DNA from: Selaginella moellendorffii
Lineage: Eukaryota > Plantae > Lycopodiophyta
Reading direction: 5' to 3'
Length of the DNA stretch: 64,000 bases
Assembly (NCBI RefSeq): GCF_000143415.4
Contig: NW_003314267.1
Span: 3,030,028 to 3,094,027, forward strand
Part shown: piece after piece, positions 59,921 through 64,000 of the stretch
Numbering within the stretch: position 1 is the stretch's first letter
Layout of the letters: each line of letters begins with the position of its first letter
The notes under the pieces: generated by a model
Database searches by the model: none
The model's input: the letters and a program-made list of their open reading frames with translations, nothing else
Told to the model about the DNA's origin: nothing
Program-made: the position numbers and the translations under genes

Positions 59921-61725
59921 TGATGAACTCTTTATCATTTCGGTCGTGCTTTTGGGGATCCTTTAGCTTATGACACCTTGGGGAGTTGGTTTCTTATATA
60001 AACTTATACCCATGTTAATTAACTTCTCTTTTATGTGTATGCTATAGGTTATAAATTAGGAACTTAGTTCCTCCAAATTTTTAAATCCTCTCACTTGATA
60101 AACTAAATAATCAATTTATGATCATGTATGGACTCCTCCATACTTGGCTCCATGGGCCACCCCTTTTGAAGTCAACACTTTCAACTAAAGTCTTTGTTTT
60201 TCTAACTTGTTAATCCCATTTAGCAAGTCACTCAACCAACGTAATAAAGTTTTATGCATAAGTGTATAAGTCCTTAACTACTAACTTCTATTCAAAACCA
60301 TCCCTTTGAATATAGGAGAATTACTCCCTTGGCTTTGATAGCCTTGCCTCATAGTAAGTGTCAAGATCTGTGCTATTATAATTTTACACATTTTTATGAA
60401 TCATTTACATTTGTTTTTCTAGTTACCAACTTACCCAAAATCATCTTTGGAACATTAAAAAAGCTCCATCCTTTATTTTATTAAAATGTCTTCTTTTAAA
60501 TGTTTTTTGACTGCCATTTGGTTTAATATGGACAGTTCCATATTTTAGACTCTTAGCAAAACCCCATTTGATTCCCTACTCTTAATTTGTATAACCACCC
60601 TTAACTATGACCCTAAATTTTTATTATTCAGTTTTATCTTTTTAGTATTTACTTTTTGTACCATATGTAGTATATATGGTTTTCACCCTTTATTCTATGG
60701 TGATTTACCATAGGATAAACATGGAGGGGAATCCTAACCATTGGCCATGTGTCCAAGAGCAGTAGAGCAAAACTTGAGTTTTAGGGCTTTGGGCTATTAA
60801 TTGAAGGGACGGAGCTAAACTCCCTAAGGAGCAAAGGAATCGAAGTATGGAGCAACTTTTGAACATTCAACCTAAAAAGTGAAAGGATAGAAGCATGGAG
60901 TGATATAAAAATAGTTTTAGAGCATTTAACTTCCCAATGCCAAAATTAGCATGTAGAATGAAGCCAAAGGAAGTTTGATATACTAATGGCCTAACACAAG
61001 GATATGAGTACTCCACTAACTAGCACGGTATGGAATTTAGGTTTAGACCTAAGATAAATGTAAAACAAAAACAAACACACAAACAAGAGCTATATTATGC
61101 CTCAAGTTAGTTGGTTATTTTCGACTTTATCGTGAATGTGACTTCAGGTATCGAAAGTTATCTGTCAGCTAGTCCTTTTAGATATTCTTTCCTTACTGCT
61201 ACGATGGCAAGACATTGGTATTGCTGGTTCCCTTTATCAACCTCTCTTGTTCAAGTGTTAGTTTATTAGGCTTAGCACCTGTACTTAGCTAGATGGCCAT
61301 AAGGTAGAAACTCCTATGTGTTTTTAGCTGAGCATACTTGGCCTAGCTTTTAGTTCTCTTTTGCTCTATCTTACACTAGCTTTACAAGAACCTCATATAT
61401 TGAGATTAGTCCCTCAATATCACTAGATGATAGTTTACTGTGTCTGCCAAACACCCTTGCTATCATGCCCTTTGTGTTAATCTCATTTCGGTCCCAAATA
61501 CTATTTATGGAAAGTGTCTAGATTTGCTCATTTGGCATATCTACGGAATGTAAAAATTGTCCTGAACACAATGGTGTTCATCCCATGTCCAAATTTGCAA
61601 TCTAAGTACATTTTGTATTTAGTAAGTTTCGAGCTTGTCCAACAATAACTAAATAAATCTCTAATGAGATCCCAATATAATAATTAATCATTTTCAATGA
61701 TTGCTAGATGTAAATACCAACTTCA

Positions 61726-63165
61726 TGTGAGACACAAATCCCTAAGCTCCAAAGTGGAGCCAAAAGGGTGCCACATGGTAGTGGCTGAAGCGAAAGCCAA
61801 ACGAGCATAACACGTTTAGACTAAAAGTTCCGACTTGAAAGGTCGAGAGTGAGAGTGGACTCCTTATGACATGCTCGAGGAACAAGCATGAAGCAAACAA
61901 TACGACGTCTCTAGGAAGAGACATAAANNNNNNNNNNNNNNNNNNNNNNNNNNNNNNNNNNNNNNNNNNNNNNNNNNNNNNNNNNNNNNNNNNNNNNNNN
62001 NNNNNNNNNNNNNNNNNNNNNNNNNNNACCCGAGATGGAACCCAAGATGGAGTCCAAGAAGGACCCCGAGATGGAGTCTGGGATTGAGACCAAGACCAAG
62101 ACTGGGATCGAGACTAAGACCGAGGCTGAGGTGAGACCAAGCCCGTGTCCGAGTCCAAGTTTGAGTCTGAGAGGGTGAAAGCCCAAAGCGTTCGTCTCCC
62201 AGACCCTAGGGGGTTTGGTGAGCTCTAAGGGGGGCAGGGGGGGGGGGGGACTCTAGTGGAGCCAGTTTGGCCAGGAAAGGCTAGTTTGGCCTAGGAAGGC
62301 TGTACCTAGATGTTGGGTGATGGGATAACCACTGGGAAGTCCAAGGCTAGAGTGAATATGGACTAACAAGCGGGGTAGCTTAGTGAAGTATTCAAGAGCC
62401 GGCTTTAATTCCCCCGGGAGATTGAATGGCCGATGCTCCCAATCCAACTCTGGGTGGCACTACCTACTTGGAGACCTAGTGTGGCTCAATGGAACCTCAT
62501 TCTAAGCCTATGGCTAGAGCACCTAAAGGTGGAAGGTGGGGAGAGTACCCATGGGGCTCGCGTAGGGCCATGGTGTTCCGAAATGTTGTCCCGAAGTCCC
62601 AAACTGAGGAAAGGAGGAGGAGCAATCCTCTAGTGTAGTGACTAAGGATACGGTCACATGGTGAGGAAGTCCCAGAGGACAATAGGACTTAGTGGCTAGG
62701 CTTGCGGGCCTTGATCTAGTGGCAATATTGGCGAACATGGCCATAGACAGAAAAGGGACTTGGTAGAAATTGATAAAGGGATATTGGGGAAGGTTATTCC
62801 TCATGTCTGTGGGCATCTTAAGGATGCTAAGGAGTGGATCTGGGATGACCACTCATGGATGGATGGCCTAGTCTTGGAGAGATAGGACTGTGATGCAAGT
62901 GGTATTGGATCACCAGTGCAGCAAAGGTGAATGGGTATGGCCTTAGCATAACGGGCCGATATGTCAGTGGTACCTTTGGGTGTTGGTTATAGGATCGAAC
63001 ATATGGAGCACTTGGGCTAAGTACAAAGGTTGAGTGGCGGGGATGCCATTCTCGAGGTTAGTACGCCCAAGTCCAAAATAAGATTTATGGAGGTTGTGAG
63101 TGAGACTTCTCAAAGTGGTCAAAGGTGTGGTTAAGTGATTAAAGTAGAATGGAAAATTAGTCAGC
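61726..63165 (+). mobile_element. LTR-element copy of the same family as 55343-56795 (opposite strand)
   Basis: TGTGAGAC start, hexamer array 62028-62170; 62900-63160 is also homologous to the reverse complement of ~48530-48810. Confidence 0.55.
61928..62027. other. Assembly gap (100 N)
   Basis: Run of N. Confidence 0.99.
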
Positions 63166-63169
63166 CAAT

Positions 63170-64000
63170 TAGTGTTTTTATTATATGAACAGATAGTCCT
63201 AACAGGTGAAAGTAGCCCACAAGAAACAAAAAATAGTCAAGTGTTGAAATAACACTTGTAATGGTGGTTCTGGTGAATAGAACATGAATACAAAAAGTTG
63301 TATTCCAATGAGCTAGCACCTCAAAAGCAAAACCTTATAGGTTGGGGGATTAGAAAAAGTCTAACAGGCTAAATGACTTGAGTGGAGTCAAGGAATGGAA
63401 TGGAAGCATTTGGACTGAGGTGTGTTGTGCCCTATGGAGGATGGGGAGGATCATAATATCCAAGTATGAGAACAATGGGTATCTCATGGGTGGCAGAATG
63501 TGCCATACTAAAGTCATGGGAAAAGTGTTCCCAGAAGAAAGCAATTTTGGTGCAAAGTTGTGTGAGAACACTGTGGTGAAGTGCTAACAGATAGTTGACA
63601 TGAGAAATGACTATGTTAGTCTTGGCAAAAGACCTAGACATGAGTGTAAGTGTCATAAGGGTAGGCTCATGGAGCCAATGGTGTGGAGACACCAAATGTG
63701 CCAAGATGTAATACTTTGAGGTTATGTTGGTGGGTTCATGAGAACCCCTTGCCAAAGGAATCCCAATGGAAATGGGAATGGCATAGCCTAAGCTAGAAGA
63801 CATGTGGTAGAGTGTAGTGACCCAAACAATGATGGAGGTGTGGAAGCACCAGCAATGAGTTGTAGGACTTGACAATTATAAAGCAACTAAGCAAAAGATG
63901 CAAAATAATTGATGAAACTGGTAGAAGGTAACTACCTAAGACTTTTTATTGGGATAAAGAAGGGTAGACATACCGGACGATGGTTCAATCCGTAGGCCTC
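63170..64000 (+). mobile_element. Highly decayed retroelement pol/integrase-like sequence
   Basis: Weak resemblance to an integrase zinc-binding region; TE context. Confidence 0.3.

Noticed and set aside
56266-62186. ORFs of SD/LG/ET dipeptide repeats
   Set aside because: Translation artefacts of the hexamer tandem arrays.

Overview
Eukaryotic plant nuclear DNA. The ~50-bp GT-AG introns, very short intergenic spacers and gene/TE repertoire point to the lycophyte Selaginella (inference). A compact gene island (~12-37.3 kb) lies between two zones of decayed transposons. Island genes: ZNHIT6/BCD1, MEE60-like membrane proteins, GH17-X8 beta-1,3-glucanase, Pollen Ole e I protein, S1/P1 nuclease, SIEL/INTS4, an ABCG half-transporter with degenerate ATPase motifs, HDA9, NADPH-thioredoxin reductase, A1 aspartic protease, an MTH1-type Nudix hydrolase and MIZ1. 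It includes a scrambled tandem segmental duplication (~12.45-17.1 kb copied to ~17.1-20.1 kb). Left flank: Gypsy and Copia remnants, a mosaic of class-3 lipase fragments and a 350-bp hAT derivative. Right flank: a G-type lectin receptor kinase pseudogene split by a Gypsy, itself split by a full-length chromovirus (42823-48414). That chromovirus has no tRNA PBS but a Tf1-style self-priming complement, and a PEG10-like GGGAAAC -1 frameshift signal. Further right are more decayed LTR elements, a 590-bp element with 48-bp TIRs and a 5-bp TSD, and a 100-N gap. No RNA genes or CRISPR arrays were recognised. All alignments were done by eye.
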